34,683 bases of DNA from a bacterium. GTDB lineage: Bacteria > Patescibacteriota > Patescibacteriia > Magasanikbacterales > GWA2-37-8. Position 1 is the stretch's first letter, and the number at the start of each line of letters is the position of its first letter. Shown here one piece after another: positions 25,158 through 33,674 of the stretch. The notes under the pieces were generated by a model that was given only the letters and a program-made list of their open reading frames with translations, made no database searches and was not told where the DNA came from. The stretch is from the NCBI GenBank assembly GCA_021812425.1, contig JAKANM010000003.1:1-34683 (forward strand), given 5' to 3'. Position numbers and translations under genes: made by a program.

Positions 25158-25225
25158 GATTTTTCTCCTGGCAATGCCACATTACTGCGGCGTGTTTAGC
25201 GACTGCATTAAATCGCTAATGGATA

Positions 25226-25254
25226 ATCTTACGACAATTATGTAGATTTGTCAA
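25226..25254 (-). promoter_or_regulatory. Sigma70-type promoter for the 85-aa ORF
   Basis: Minus strand TTGACA-N17-TAAGAT. Confidence 0.7.
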
Positions 25255-25270
25255 CATTCCTAAATAAAAT

Positions 25271-25298
25271 AAAAAATCACCATTTTGAGGTGATTTTT
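25271..25298 (-). terminator. Intrinsic terminator after secY
   Basis: AAAAATCACC-N7-GGTGATTTTT inverted repeat with a T-rich run on the minus strand, 13 nt past the secY stop. Confidence 0.7.
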
Positions 25299-25311
25299 CT
25301 AAAAGTCTTGT

Positions 25312-26586
25312 TTAAATCGTATCGTATTCATGCATCGTCAACTGGGATTCAATCTGTTTGGCCGTCTCAATCGCGACTGCGACGACGATGAGGAGGGAGG
25401 TGCCACCGATTCTGAGAGCGTCAGTGCCCATCGCGCCTTTCGCTAAAAGCGGTAAAACAGCAATCACGCCGAGGAAAATCGCGCCAAAGAAATTGATTCT
25501 GTTCATCGTGCTGGCGAGATATTTCTCAGTCTCGTTACCAGGTCTAATTCCCGGGATAAAGCCACCTTGCTTCTGCAGATTTTCGGCGATTTTTTGCGGC
25601 TGGAACACCACTGAGGTGTAAAAAAAGGTAAAACCAAAGATAAGAACAAAGTATAAAATGTTATAAAAAACCTGATTTTGAAATAAACCAAGCGTGCCAG
25701 TCGCAATGTGCCGGAGGAAAGCCGAGTTCGCGTTCACAAAAAACTGTGAAATCATCGATGGGAACAGCATGATCGATACCGCGAAGATGATCGGAATAAC
25801 ACCGGCCATGTTAACTCGAAATGGCAAATGGGTGCTGGAACCGCCGAAAACTTTATTACCCCTGACTTGCTTCGCGTAGCTCACCGGGATGTTGCGCTGA
25901 CCTTCGGTAATGAATACCACGCCGATAATCGTGATAATCGCAATCGCGATAAACAAAACATAAGTATAAAACTGCGAAGGGTCGTAGTTCAGGGCGATAG
26001 TTCGAAGAGCGTTTGGAATACCGCTGATAATACCGGCGAAAATGATGAGCGAAATGCCATTGCCGACTTTTTTCTCTGAAATCAATTCCCCAATCCACAC
26101 CAGGAACATCGTCCCGGCGGAAATTACCAGCATGATCGTGATGACTCGAAACGGCGTAAGATTCAAAAGAACTTTTTGCGCCGACTGATTTAGAAGGCGG
26201 ATCATCCCGTAAGACTGAAGAAGAGCCAAAGGAACCGTAAGCCAACGAGTATACATGTTTATCTTTTGCTGACCGCCCTCGCCTTCCTTTGATAATTCTT
26301 CAAGCGACGGCACGATCATGGTCAAAAGCTGGAAAATAATCGAAGCGGTAATATAAGGACCGACCGCCAACATGACGATCGAAAAAGTCTGCATCGTACC
26401 ACCAGAAAGAATATTGAGAAGACCAAGAATCTGATTACCGGCGAGGTAATTGCGAAGATTTACGAGATCTACGCCCGGAATTGGAATATGGGAAACCAAC
26501 CTGACAATCACCAACAGCCCAAGGACGACTAATACGTTGTCTCGTACATCCTTTATCTTCCAAATACGGGTTAGCTTTTCCCACAT
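25312..26586 (-). CDS. secY: Preprotein translocase subunit SecY
   Basis: IPIPG, GPYITASII-x-QLL, W-x-GE-x-I...GNGISLIIFAGI, AGVIPIIFA, GGFIPGIRPG, GGTSLLIVV. Confidence 0.98.
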   Translation of the reverse strand: MWEKLTRIWKIKDVRDNVLVVLGLLVIVRLVSHIPIPGVDLVNLRNYLAGNQILGLLNILSGGTMQTFSIVMLAVGPYITASIIFQLLTMIVPSLEELSKEGEGGQQKINMYTRWLTVPLALLQSYGMIRLLNQSAQKVLLNLTPFRVITIMLVISAGTMFLVWIGELISEKKVGNGISLIIFAGIISGIPNALRTIALNYDPSQFYTYVLFIAIAIITIIGVVFITEGQRNIPVSYAKQVRGNKVFGGSSTHLPFRVNMAGVIPIIFAVSIMLFPSMISQFFVNANSAFLRHIATGTLGLFQNQVFYNILYFVLIFGFTFFYTSVVFQPQKIAENLQKQGGFIPGIRPGNETEKYLASTMNRINFFGAIFLGVIAVLPLLAKGAMGTDALRIGGTSLLIVVAVAIETAKQIESQLTMHEYDTI

Positions 26587-26596
26587 AAGAAAAAAA

Positions 26597-27031
26597 TTAT
26601 TTTACTTCCCCACCGACCGCTTTTACTTTTTCAGCCGCTCCCTTGGTACAAGGAATAGCGACGATTAATTTCTTGGTCAAATCGCCTTTTAGAACAAGCT
26701 TAGCGGAGGTATCATTGATGCTAAGCAAATGCTTTTCGATGAGTGATTTCAAATCAACCGTTTCACCGGCGGCAAAATGTTTCTCCAAATCCATCAAATA
26801 AACCTCAACCGGACCGGAATTTAACGCTTTGAAACCGCGTAATTTCGGAGCGGACTGCATCAGACGGCGAAAACCTTTTTGGGCTAAACCGCGACTGCCG
26901 CCGGAGCGGGCAGTCTGACCCTTGCCACCGCGAGTCGACATCGTACCGTGACCGGAGGCATTACCTCGGCCAACGCGTTTTACCCGATGCTTCGCGCCAT
27001 AAGCGGCTTTGATAGTGTGTACTTGTAACAT
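26597..27031 (-). CDS. rplO: 50S ribosomal protein uL15
   Basis: KRVGRG-x-x-SG-x-G...RG-x-KGQ-x-ARSG; position before secY. Confidence 0.96.
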   Translation of the reverse strand: MLQVHTIKAAYGAKHRVKRVGRGNASGHGTMSTRGGKGQTARSGGSRGLAQKGFRRLMQSAPKLRGFKALNSGPVEVYLMDLEKHFAAGETVDLKSLIEKHLLSINDTSAKLVLKGDLTKKLIVAIPCTKGAAEKVKAVGGEVK

Positions 27032-27037
27032 AAAACT

Positions 27038-27583
27038 TTATTTAGCTTTTTCTTCGGTTTTAGTTTCAACAACCGGTGAATTCATTTTTTTCATCGAAAC
27101 TGGTACGCGTTTGAAACTCTGGAGAGCGTCAAAGGTAGCTTTCACGATCGCAATTTTATTTTTAGTTTTTCCGAGAATTTTTGAAGAAACATTCGGAATG
27201 CCGGCGAGCTCAAGCACCACACGCGCCGCTCCGCCAGCGATGATACCGGAACCTCGTGGAGCTGGCTTCAACATGACCATGGCGGCCTTATATTTTCGAA
27301 CAACAATATGTGGAATAGTTTCGCGTACGATTGGCACCTTGATCATATGCTTCTTTGCCTGATGCACGGCTTTCTCTACTCCGAGCTGGACGTCTTTGCC
27401 TTTCGCAACGCCAAATCCGACAGTACCGTGTCGATCACCAAGGATAACACAGACCCGGAAACTCAGATGCTTGCCACCTTGTGTGACGCGCGTCACCCTG
27501 GCAATATCCAAAATGAACTGATCAAATTCAGATTTTTCCTGGCCTCTTTTGTCTCCTCGGCCCCTGCCGCGATTCATTGCCAT
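27038..27583 (-). CDS. rpsE: 30S ribosomal protein uS5
   Basis: RVTRVTQGG, G-x-VG-x-G-x-x-K, LKPA-x-x-G-x-GIIAGG. Confidence 0.97.
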   Translation of the reverse strand: MAMNRGRGRGDKRGQEKSEFDQFILDIARVTRVTQGGKHLSFRVCVILGDRHGTVGFGVAKGKDVQLGVEKAVHQAKKHMIKVPIVRETIPHIVVRKYKAAMVMLKPAPRGSGIIAGGAARVVLELAGIPNVSSKILGKTKNKIAIVKATFDALQSFKRVPVSMKKMNSPVVETKTEEKAK

Positions 27584-27598
27584 AGTGATAAAATAAAA

Positions 27599-27973
27599 TT
27601 AAAATTGTAAACCGCCGGCACGCGCTCCTTCAGCGAGAGCTGCGACCCGACCGTGATAACGATAACCACCGCGGTCAAACACAACCTGGCTAATGCCTTT
27701 GGCTTTTGCCAATTCAGCGATTTTTTCTCCAACCTGGAATGCCATCGCAACCTTGCCGACTTTGCCTTCCACTTTCTTTTGTTTCAGACTGCCGCTGTTT
27801 ACAAAAACAATTGTCTTGCCAGCTTCATCATCCACAAGCTGAGCAGTCATATTTCTAAGAGATCGGAAAACCGAAAGACGCGGCGCAACTTTCGAACCAT
27901 GAAGATGGCTGCGGATGCGATCGTGGCGAACTTCTCTCAGTGAATTTTTGGTTGTTTTAACTAAACGTTTCAT
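27599..27973 (-). CDS. rplR: 50S ribosomal protein uL18
   Basis: PRLSVFRS, VVFDRGGY-x-YHGRV-x-ALAEGAR. Confidence 0.97.
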   Translation of the reverse strand: MKRLVKTTKNSLREVRHDRIRSHLHGSKVAPRLSVFRSLRNMTAQLVDDEAGKTIVFVNSGSLKQKKVEGKVGKVAMAFQVGEKIAELAKAKGISQVVFDRGGYRYHGRVAALAEGARAGGLQF

Positions 27974-27983
27974 AAAAAACTTA

Positions 27984-28535
27984 TTAGACAGCGGCTGCTT
28001 TGGCGGCGGTCTTGCCGGCCTTGCGCTGGATTACTTCATCAACATATTTAATACCTTTGCCTTTATATGGCTCCGGCTTCCTGACGCGTCGGATTATGGC
28101 CGCCATCTCGCCTACCACCTGCTTGTCAGCGCCTTCAACCGTAATGATATTTTTCTCAACTTTGAAACTAATACCGGTCAGTGGTTTTATTTCAACCGAA
28201 TTGGTAAAGCCAACTTCAAGATTCAAATTAGTACCTTTCAGGTTAGCTTTGAAACCGACGCCGTTAATTTCGAGCTGTTTTTTGAAGCCCTTGGTAACGC
28301 CATCAATCATATTCTCAATCAGACTGGAAAAAGTTCCCCAAAGAGCGCGGTCGCGCTTGTTTTCACCATTTACAACTTGCACCGTCACCTCACCGTTATT
28401 GTTTACAACGGTAACCCGAGGATGAACCTTTTGAACCAAAGTTCCTTTCGGACCTTTTACAATCAGCTCGTCACCCTTGATCTCGAGAGTTACACCGGCT
28501 GGTAATTTTCTAATTTTTTTGCCAATACGGGACAT
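27984..28535 (-). CDS. rplF: 50S ribosomal protein uL6
   Basis: MSRIGK, KGPKG, RKPEPYKGKGI. Confidence 0.98.
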   Translation of the reverse strand: MSRIGKKIRKLPAGVTLEIKGDELIVKGPKGTLVQKVHPRVTVVNNNGEVTVQVVNGENKRDRALWGTFSSLIENMIDGVTKGFKKQLEINGVGFKANLKGTNLNLEVGFTNSVEIKPLTGISFKVEKNIITVEGADKQVVGEMAAIIRRVRKPEPYKGKGIKYVDEVIQRKAGKTAAKAAAV

Positions 28536-28545
28536 AAACTACAAA

Positions 28546-28935
28546 TTAATATATTTCACAAAGTAATTCTCCGCCGACATTTTTCTTCACTGCTTCAGCG
28601 CCTGTCAATATTCCTTTTGGTGTGGACAAAATTGAAAGCCCAAGACCGTTCAAGATTTTTTCAATCTTTTCCTTCTTCACATAGCGTCGATGACCGGGGG
28701 TGCTGAGGCGCTCCAAATGAACAATCGCGCTGTCGCGGCCATGATATTTCAGAGTAACAAGAATAAAAGCCGGCTTGGTCTTGGTTTCCTCAACTTTGGA
28801 CACATAACCTTCACGCTCCAAAATTTTGGCGATGGATAATTTTAACTTCGAATACGGAATAGCGGCTTCCTTTTTATGTACTAAAGAAGCATTTCGTATT
28901 CTGGTTAACATGTCAGCGATTGGATCGGTCATCAT
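28546..28935 (-). CDS. rpsH: 30S ribosomal protein uS8
   Basis: DPIADMLTRIRNA, S-x-PG-x-R-x-Y, STPKG, GGE. Confidence 0.98.
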   Translation of the reverse strand: MMTDPIADMLTRIRNASLVHKKEAAIPYSKLKLSIAKILEREGYVSKVEETKTKPAFILVTLKYHGRDSAIVHLERLSTPGHRRYVKKEKIEKILNGLGLSILSTPKGILTGAEAVKKNVGGELLCEIY

Positions 28936-28967
28936 ACATTGATGTAGATAATAATGTCAGTTAGGAA

Positions 28968-29153
28968 TTACCAGCTTGATTTACGCACTCCCGGAATGAG
29001 ACCGGCGTTCGCAAACTCTCTAAAACAAATACGGCATAGGTTGAACGCGCCGATAAAACCGCGTCGGCGTCCGCAATTCCAACAACGTCGGACTATTCGG
29101 GTAGAATATTTCGGTTTGCGGCTTGATTTTGCAATTTGTGCGTACGTAGCCAT
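28968..29153 (-). CDS. rpsN: 30S ribosomal protein uS14, zinc-binding 61-aa type
   Basis: RCWNCGR...LCRICFRE...IPGV-x-K-x-SW. Confidence 0.97.
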   Translation of the reverse strand: MATYAQIAKSSRKPKYSTRIVRRCWNCGRRRGFIGAFNLCRICFREFANAGLIPGVRKSSW

Positions 29154-29156
29154 ATA

Positions 29157-29693
29157 TTATTTAGAAAAAGGAAAACCCATATGAGAAAGTAGCGCGCGAC
29201 CTTCGACTTTGTTCTTCGCGGTAGTATTGATAATCAGTTGCAGACCATGCATCTTGTCGATTTCATCCATTTTAATTTCCGGGAAAGCAACTGTTTCTTT
29301 GAAACCAATCGTGTAATTTCCCTGCTTGTCGAAACTTTTATCAGAAATACCATGGAAATCGCGGACGCGCGGGAAAGTAATTCTTGTTAATTTTTCAAGA
29401 AATTCATACATTCTTTTGCCTCGGAGCGTAACGGTAACGCCGATTTCCTGACCTTCACGAATTTTGAAGTTGGAAATAGCTTTCTTGGCGCGGGTGCGTA
29501 TTGGCTTTTGTCCAGTGATGCGCGCAATATTCTTCTCGACGTTTTCGATAAAATTTGCCTCTTTTACAAAGCGACCAATACCAGCGTTAACCACAACCTT
29601 CTTGATCTTTGGAACCTGCATGACATTTTTCATGCCAAGTTCGATCTTGAGGGCGGGAACGATTTCTTTTTTGTATTTTTCGTATAATGTCAT
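29157..29693 (-). CDS. rplE: 50S ribosomal protein uL5
   Basis: MQVPKI-x-KVVVN, ITGQKP, FKIREG, PRVRDF-x-G. Confidence 0.98.
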   Translation of the reverse strand: MTLYEKYKKEIVPALKIELGMKNVMQVPKIKKVVVNAGIGRFVKEANFIENVEKNIARITGQKPIRTRAKKAISNFKIREGQEIGVTVTLRGKRMYEFLEKLTRITFPRVRDFHGISDKSFDKQGNYTIGFKETVAFPEIKMDEIDKMHGLQLIINTTAKNKVEGRALLSHMGFPFSK

Positions 29694-29756
29694 AATTTAC
29701 TTGAGTGAGCGAAATAATTAAATTTATTTAATTATTTCCGAGCGAAAGTGAATTAT
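29692..29756. repeat. Dispersed intergenic hairpin element, copy 2
   Basis: Plus strand: ATAATTTACTT - GAGTGAG - C - GAAATAATTAAAT-tt-ATTTAATTATTTC - CGAGCGA - AAGTGAATTAT. Inverted relative to copy 1. Confidence 0.85.
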
Positions 29757-29774
29757 ATGTGAAACTATATAATA

Positions 29775-30083
29775 TTAGTCGATTGATTGACCGCATTTGC
29801 GGCAAACACGTATTTTTTTATCATTTTCTATTTTATATCCGACGCGAACCGGTTTCTCACATTTCGGACAGACCAGCGCGGCTTTGCTTATGAAAAATGG
29901 AGCGGCGAGTTCAAGCACTTGTCCTTTTTCGCTCTTTGATCGGGTTTTCAGGTGTTTCTTGATAACATTCAATCCTTCTACTACAAGCTTGCCATCATCC
30001 GGGAAAACCTGAACAACTTTGCCAATCTTGCCTTTATCTTTACCACTTAAAATTTTTACTTTGTCGTTAGTTTTAATCTTCAT
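29775..30083 (-). CDS. rplX: 50S ribosomal protein uL24
   Basis: KOW motif D-x-V-x-ILSGKDKGK-x-G, VEG-x-N; C-terminal CPKC/CRKC. Start MKIK at 30083 (the track start overlaps rplN). Confidence 0.96.
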   Translation of the reverse strand: MKIKTNDKVKILSGKDKGKIGKVVQVFPDDGKLVVEGLNVIKKHLKTRSKSEKGQVLELAAPFFISKAALVCPKCEKPVRVGYKIENDKKIRVCRKCGQSID

Positions 30084-30090
30084 ACAATTA

Positions 30091-30462
30091 TTAAACAACT
30101 TCCGGGGCTAGTGAAATAATCTTTTGGAAACCTTTGGTTCTGAGCTCGCGCGCGACCGGACCGAAAATACGTGTTCCTTTTGGCTCTTTACTGGCGCGAT
30201 CGATAATTACCACGGCATTTTCATCAAAGCGGACATAGGTGCCATCGGTGCGGCGGGTTTCTTTGCGCTGGCGGACAATCACGGCATGTACAATATCACT
30301 TTTCTTTACCAATCCGCGCGGCGCGGCTTCTTTCACAACACAAGTGATAACGTCGCCGAGCCTCGCATAGCGTTTTTTGTAGCCATCAAGCACGCGGATG
30401 CATTGGAGCTTTTTGGCTCCGGTATTATCAGCGACTGCTAGCATTGCGCGATGTTGAATCAT
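30091..30462 (-). CDS. rplN: 50S ribosomal protein uL14
   Basis: [13 protein letters not shown]-x-[20 protein letters not shown]. Confidence 0.98.
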   Translation of the reverse strand: MIQHRAMLAVADNTGAKKLQCIRVLDGYKKRYARLGDVITCVVKEAAPRGLVKKSDIVHAVIVRQRKETRRTDGTYVRFDENAVVIIDRASKEPKGTRIFGPVARELRTKGFQKIISLAPEVV

Positions 30463-30477
30463 ATTCTTATTCTTATA

Positions 30478-30756
30478 TTATGGTTTCTTCTCGACTTCTA
30501 CTTCCACCAAACGCCAGCGTTTTGTTTTTGAAAGCGGGCGGCATTCCACGAAAACCACCTTGTCTCCAACCTTAGCGGCGCCTTTTTCATCGTGGACATG
30601 AAATTTCTTGCTAACGCGGTACTTCTTCTGGTACTTTTCATTCATCTTCATGAAATCAACCTGAACAGTGATCGTCTTCTGCATTGAAGCCGATGTCACT
30701 ACACCGTTGAAACTTCGATAAATTTTTTCAGGTTGCTTTTCCATTTTCTTTTCCAT
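30478..30756 (-). CDS. rpsQ: 30S ribosomal protein uS17
   Basis: G-x-V-x-S-x-x-M-x-KTI-x-V, HDE, ECRPLSKTKRW. Confidence 0.97.
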   Translation of the reverse strand: MEKKMEKQPEKIYRSFNGVVTSASMQKTITVQVDFMKMNEKYQKKYRVSKKFHVHDEKGAAKVGDKVVFVECRPLSKTKRWRLVEVEVEKKP

Positions 30757-30762
30757 ACAAAA

Positions 30763-30945
30763 TTATTTGGTATCTAATAACATGCGAACGCGGGCGATAG
30801 TTCGGCGCAGAGCGCTGATTTCATGCACCTGCTTCAGACGACGCAAATGGGCCTGAAGACGTAACACAAACAGCTTCTGATCTAGTTCTTTCAATAAATC
30901 ACCTAGTTCTGCTTTGCTTTTGGCTTTTAAATCCGCGAAATCCAT
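30763..30945 (-). CDS. rpmC: 50S ribosomal protein uL29
   Basis: 60-aa helical protein with LF-x-LR and RRTIAR; position between rplP and rpsQ. Confidence 0.93.
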   Translation of the reverse strand: MDFADLKAKSKAELGDLLKELDQKLFVLRLQAHLRRLKQVHEISALRRTIARVRMLLDTK

Positions 30946-30948
30946 ATC

Positions 30949-31374
30949 TTAAACGGTTATAAAATTTTTCTCAATAAACTTGGTCTTAACGCCGAATTTG
31001 TAACTCGCCATATTCATGGCTTCCATTGCTTGTTCGCGGGTAACACCTACCATTTCGAACAATATTGTTCCTGGTTTCACAACTGCGACATAATGATCCG
31101 GAGCTCCCTTTCCGCCACCCATCGGGGTTTCGTTGCCTTTCATGGTAACTGGTTTATCCGGGAAAATTCGAATCCAAACCTTACCACCGCGGCGAACATA
31201 ACGAGTAAGAACGCGGCGGGCAGACTCAATCTGACGGCTGGTTACCCAACCGTAGCCCTGACTCTTCAATCCGAAATCTCCAAAATCAATCGAATTCGCG
31301 CGCGTCGCAACACCCTTCTGGCGTCGGCGGCCTTTATGCCATTTTCTGTGTTGTACTTTCTTTGGTAGCAACAT
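30949..31374 (-). CDS. rplP: 50S ribosomal protein uL16
   Basis: [21 protein letters not shown]-x-GKG. Confidence 0.98.
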   Translation of the reverse strand: MLLPKKVQHRKWHKGRRRQKGVATRANSIDFGDFGLKSQGYGWVTSRQIESARRVLTRYVRRGGKVWIRIFPDKPVTMKGNETPMGGGKGAPDHYVAVVKPGTILFEMVGVTREQAMEAMNMASYKFGVKTKFIEKNFITV

Positions 31375-31377
31375 ACA

Positions 31378-32076
31378 TTAAGCTTTATGTTCTTTGGCTT
31401 TTGATTCATCTACTTCCTTTTTTTCAAACTTGTCTTTTTTTGCAAAAGTTTCTCCGAAATAAATCCAGACCTTAACACCAATCTTACCGTACATAGTGTG
31501 AGCTTCGGCAAGCGCATAATCAACATTACTGCGCAAAGTGATAAGCGACATTTTACCGGCAGCTAATTTCTCACGGCGGGCGATTTCCACGCCGTTGAGA
31601 CGTCCGGCCATACCGATTTTTACTCCTTTGGCGCCAGCGGCCATTACTTTCTCGATCGTCTGTTTCATGACACGGCGGAACGGCAAACGCTTTTCGATAT
31701 CAAGAACCATGTTCTGCGCCACAATCGCGGCTGACAGAGCTGGCTGTTGAACCGGCTGGATATTTAATTTGACTTTTGTTTTAAATTGTAAAATTTTCTT
31801 TTCAATTTCTTTTCGGATCAATTCAAGCCCCTGACCGCCGCGACCGATTACCACGCCAGGCTTGCCGGCGAGAATAGTAATAGAAAGATCCTTTGGAGTT
31901 CTTTCGATGCTGATCGAATCAACGCTGGCTTCCTTTAATTTCTTTACCAAAAATTCCCTGATCGCAATTTCTTGTTTCAAAAAACCAGGAAGTTGATCGC
32001 GCTTGGCGAACCAACGTGAATCCCACGGAAAAATGTAAGGGGTGCGATGAATTTTTGGATGGACTTTGTGACCCAT
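31378..32076 (-). CDS. rpsC: 30S ribosomal protein uS3
   Basis: MGHKVHP, PGVVIGRGG, GRLNG-x-EIAR, YGKIGVKVWI. Confidence 0.98.
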   Translation of the reverse strand: MGHKVHPKIHRTPYIFPWDSRWFAKRDQLPGFLKQEIAIREFLVKKLKEASVDSISIERTPKDLSITILAGKPGVVIGRGGQGLELIRKEIEKKILQFKTKVKLNIQPVQQPALSAAIVAQNMVLDIEKRLPFRRVMKQTIEKVMAAGAKGVKIGMAGRLNGVEIARREKLAAGKMSLITLRSNVDYALAEAHTMYGKIGVKVWIYFGETFAKKDKFEKKEVDESKAKEHKA

Positions 32077-32081
32077 AAAAA

Positions 32082-32462
32082 TTAATTAGTTTTCTTGCTT
32101 TCAGATTTAGCTTTTGATTTCACCTCGAGCGCTTCGAGAACTAAACTCACATGCGAGGTTCGTTCGCGAACTGGTGTTGCGCGGCCGTGCGCTTTCGGCA
32201 TAAATCTCTTTAGCATCGGACCGCCATCAACCATAATCGACTTCACAATCAAATTTTCTAAACCAAGATTATGATTGTGTTTCGCGTTGGCAACAGCAGA
32301 ATTAAGCAACTTCAACATCGGCTTCGCGCCTTTTTTGTTCAGGAGGCTAAGTATCGACTGAGCGCGAGTTACGCGTTTGCCGCGCATAAGATCAGCAATC
32401 AGACGAAGCTTTTTCGGGCCCATTCGATAATATCTAAGTTGTGCTGTTACCGGTTGTGTCAT
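32082..32462 (-). CDS. rplV: 50S ribosomal protein uL22
   Basis: PKKLRLIAD-x-x-RGK, SA-x-ANA, KRF-x-P-x-A-x-GRA, RTSH. Confidence 0.97.
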   Translation of the reverse strand: MTQPVTAQLRYYRMGPKKLRLIADLMRGKRVTRAQSILSLLNKKGAKPMLKLLNSAVANAKHNHNLGLENLIVKSIMVDGGPMLKRFMPKAHGRATPVRERTSHVSLVLEALEVKSKAKSESKKTN

Positions 32463-32472
32463 ACATTATAAA

Positions 32473-32811
32473 TTATTTCTTGGCTGGAGCGGCAGCTGCG
32501 GCTGGAGCCGGAGCGGCTTTCGCTACTGCGGCGGCTTCCTGTTCCTTGGCCATCTTTCCGCCATGACGGACGAATTTACGGGTTGGAGAAAATTCTCCAA
32601 GCCGATGTCCAACCATATTTTCATCAACTAAAACTGATAAAAAATCTTTACCGTTGTGGACCAAAAACGTCACCCCGACCATCTCTGGAGAGATGACACA
32701 GGCACGGGACCAAGTCTTGATTGGCGCGCGTTTGCCGCTATTTTTCAAGGCCACTACCTTTTTCAGTACTCGCGGATCAACGTAGGCGCCCTTTTTTAAA
32801 CTTCGTGACAT
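32473..32811 (-). CDS. rpsS: 30S ribosomal protein uS19 with Ala/Pro-rich tail
   Basis: [30 protein letters not shown]. Confidence 0.98.
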   Translation of the reverse strand: MSRSLKKGAYVDPRVLKKVVALKNSGKRAPIKTWSRACVISPEMVGVTFLVHNGKDFLSVLVDENMVGHRLGEFSPTRKFVRHGGKMAKEQEAAAVAKAAPAPAAAAAPAKK

Positions 32812-32823
32812 ATTTCAAAAAAA

Positions 32824-33669
32824 TTATTCAGCTTTAACACGACGGGATTGAACAATAAATTTGTCGCTCCACTTCTGTGGTTTTCTAGTACGAACACCGC
32901 GAGCCTTCTTTCCATAAATCGTCATGGCTCCACGTCTCTGACCGATCGGACTGTGACCCTCACCACCACCATGCGGGTGATCAACCGGGTTCATATTCTT
33001 TCCTTTAACGGTTGGTTTGATACCGCGATGGCGAATGCGTCCGGCCTTGCCCCAGCGAATAAGACGGCGATCCGGGTTGCTGAGTACTCCGACGGTGGCG
33101 GCACAATCAAACGGTACGGCTCGAATTTCTCCAGAAGGTAATTTGATCTGAGCGTATTCTCCTTCAGTGCCGACCAGCTGAGCGCTTAATCCGGCGCCGC
33201 GCGCGAGTTGACCGCCGCGACCAGGAGTTAATTCGACATTGAAAATAAACAAACCGGCCGGGATAAATTTGAGCGGCATGCGGTTGCCGGCTTTGGCTTC
33301 GATCGCCTTGTCGGAAGAAAGAACTTTGGCGCCGACCGGTAAGGCTTCCGGAGCAAGAATATAAGATTTGGTGCCATCGGTATACTGAATAAGGGCAATA
33401 CGGGCGCCGCGATTTGGATCGTATTCAATCGCTTTCACTTCGGCTTCCATTCCGTATTTTACTTGTTTGAAATCCACCAAGCGGTAATATTTCTTGGCGC
33501 CGCCACCCTGGTGGCGAACGGTAATCACACCCTGATTATTGCGTCCGGAATTTTTCTTGATAATCTGAATCAAGCTCTTTTCCGGTTCAAATTTTGTGAT
33601 ATCAGAAAAAGCGTCCGTAGAAGAATTACGGCGACCTGGACTGGTTGGTTTGTAGACAATAATCGGCAT
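32824..33669 (-). CDS. rplB: 50S ribosomal protein uL2
   Basis: GRNNQG-x-IT-x-RH-x-GGG, [20 protein letters not shown]. Confidence 0.98.
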   Translation of the reverse strand: MPIIVYKPTSPGRRNSSTDAFSDITKFEPEKSLIQIIKKNSGRNNQGVITVRHQGGGAKKYYRLVDFKQVKYGMEAEVKAIEYDPNRGARIALIQYTDGTKSYILAPEALPVGAKVLSSDKAIEAKAGNRMPLKFIPAGLFIFNVELTPGRGGQLARGAGLSAQLVGTEGEYAQIKLPSGEIRAVPFDCAATVGVLSNPDRRLIRWGKAGRIRHRGIKPTVKGKNMNPVDHPHGGGEGHSPIGQRRGAMTIYGKKARGVRTRKPQKWSDKFIVQSRRVKAE

Positions 33670-33674
33670 AAAAT

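Noticed and set aside
25233-25252. GACAA...TTGTC as an operator shared with the parA/tRNA-Leu promoter
   Set aside because: Spacing differs (10 vs 9 nt) and one half is simply the -35 box, so the evidence is too weak.
11080-29756. Hairpin element as a CRISPR repeat or an intrinsic terminator
   Set aside because: Copies are kilobases apart with no spacers or cas genes. The stem is AT-rich, has no U-tract and lies within operons.
29759-29765. GTGAAAC as a parS site
   Set aside because: Only a half-site of TGTTTCACGTGAAACA. I saw no full parS by eye, though a motif scan is needed to exclude one.
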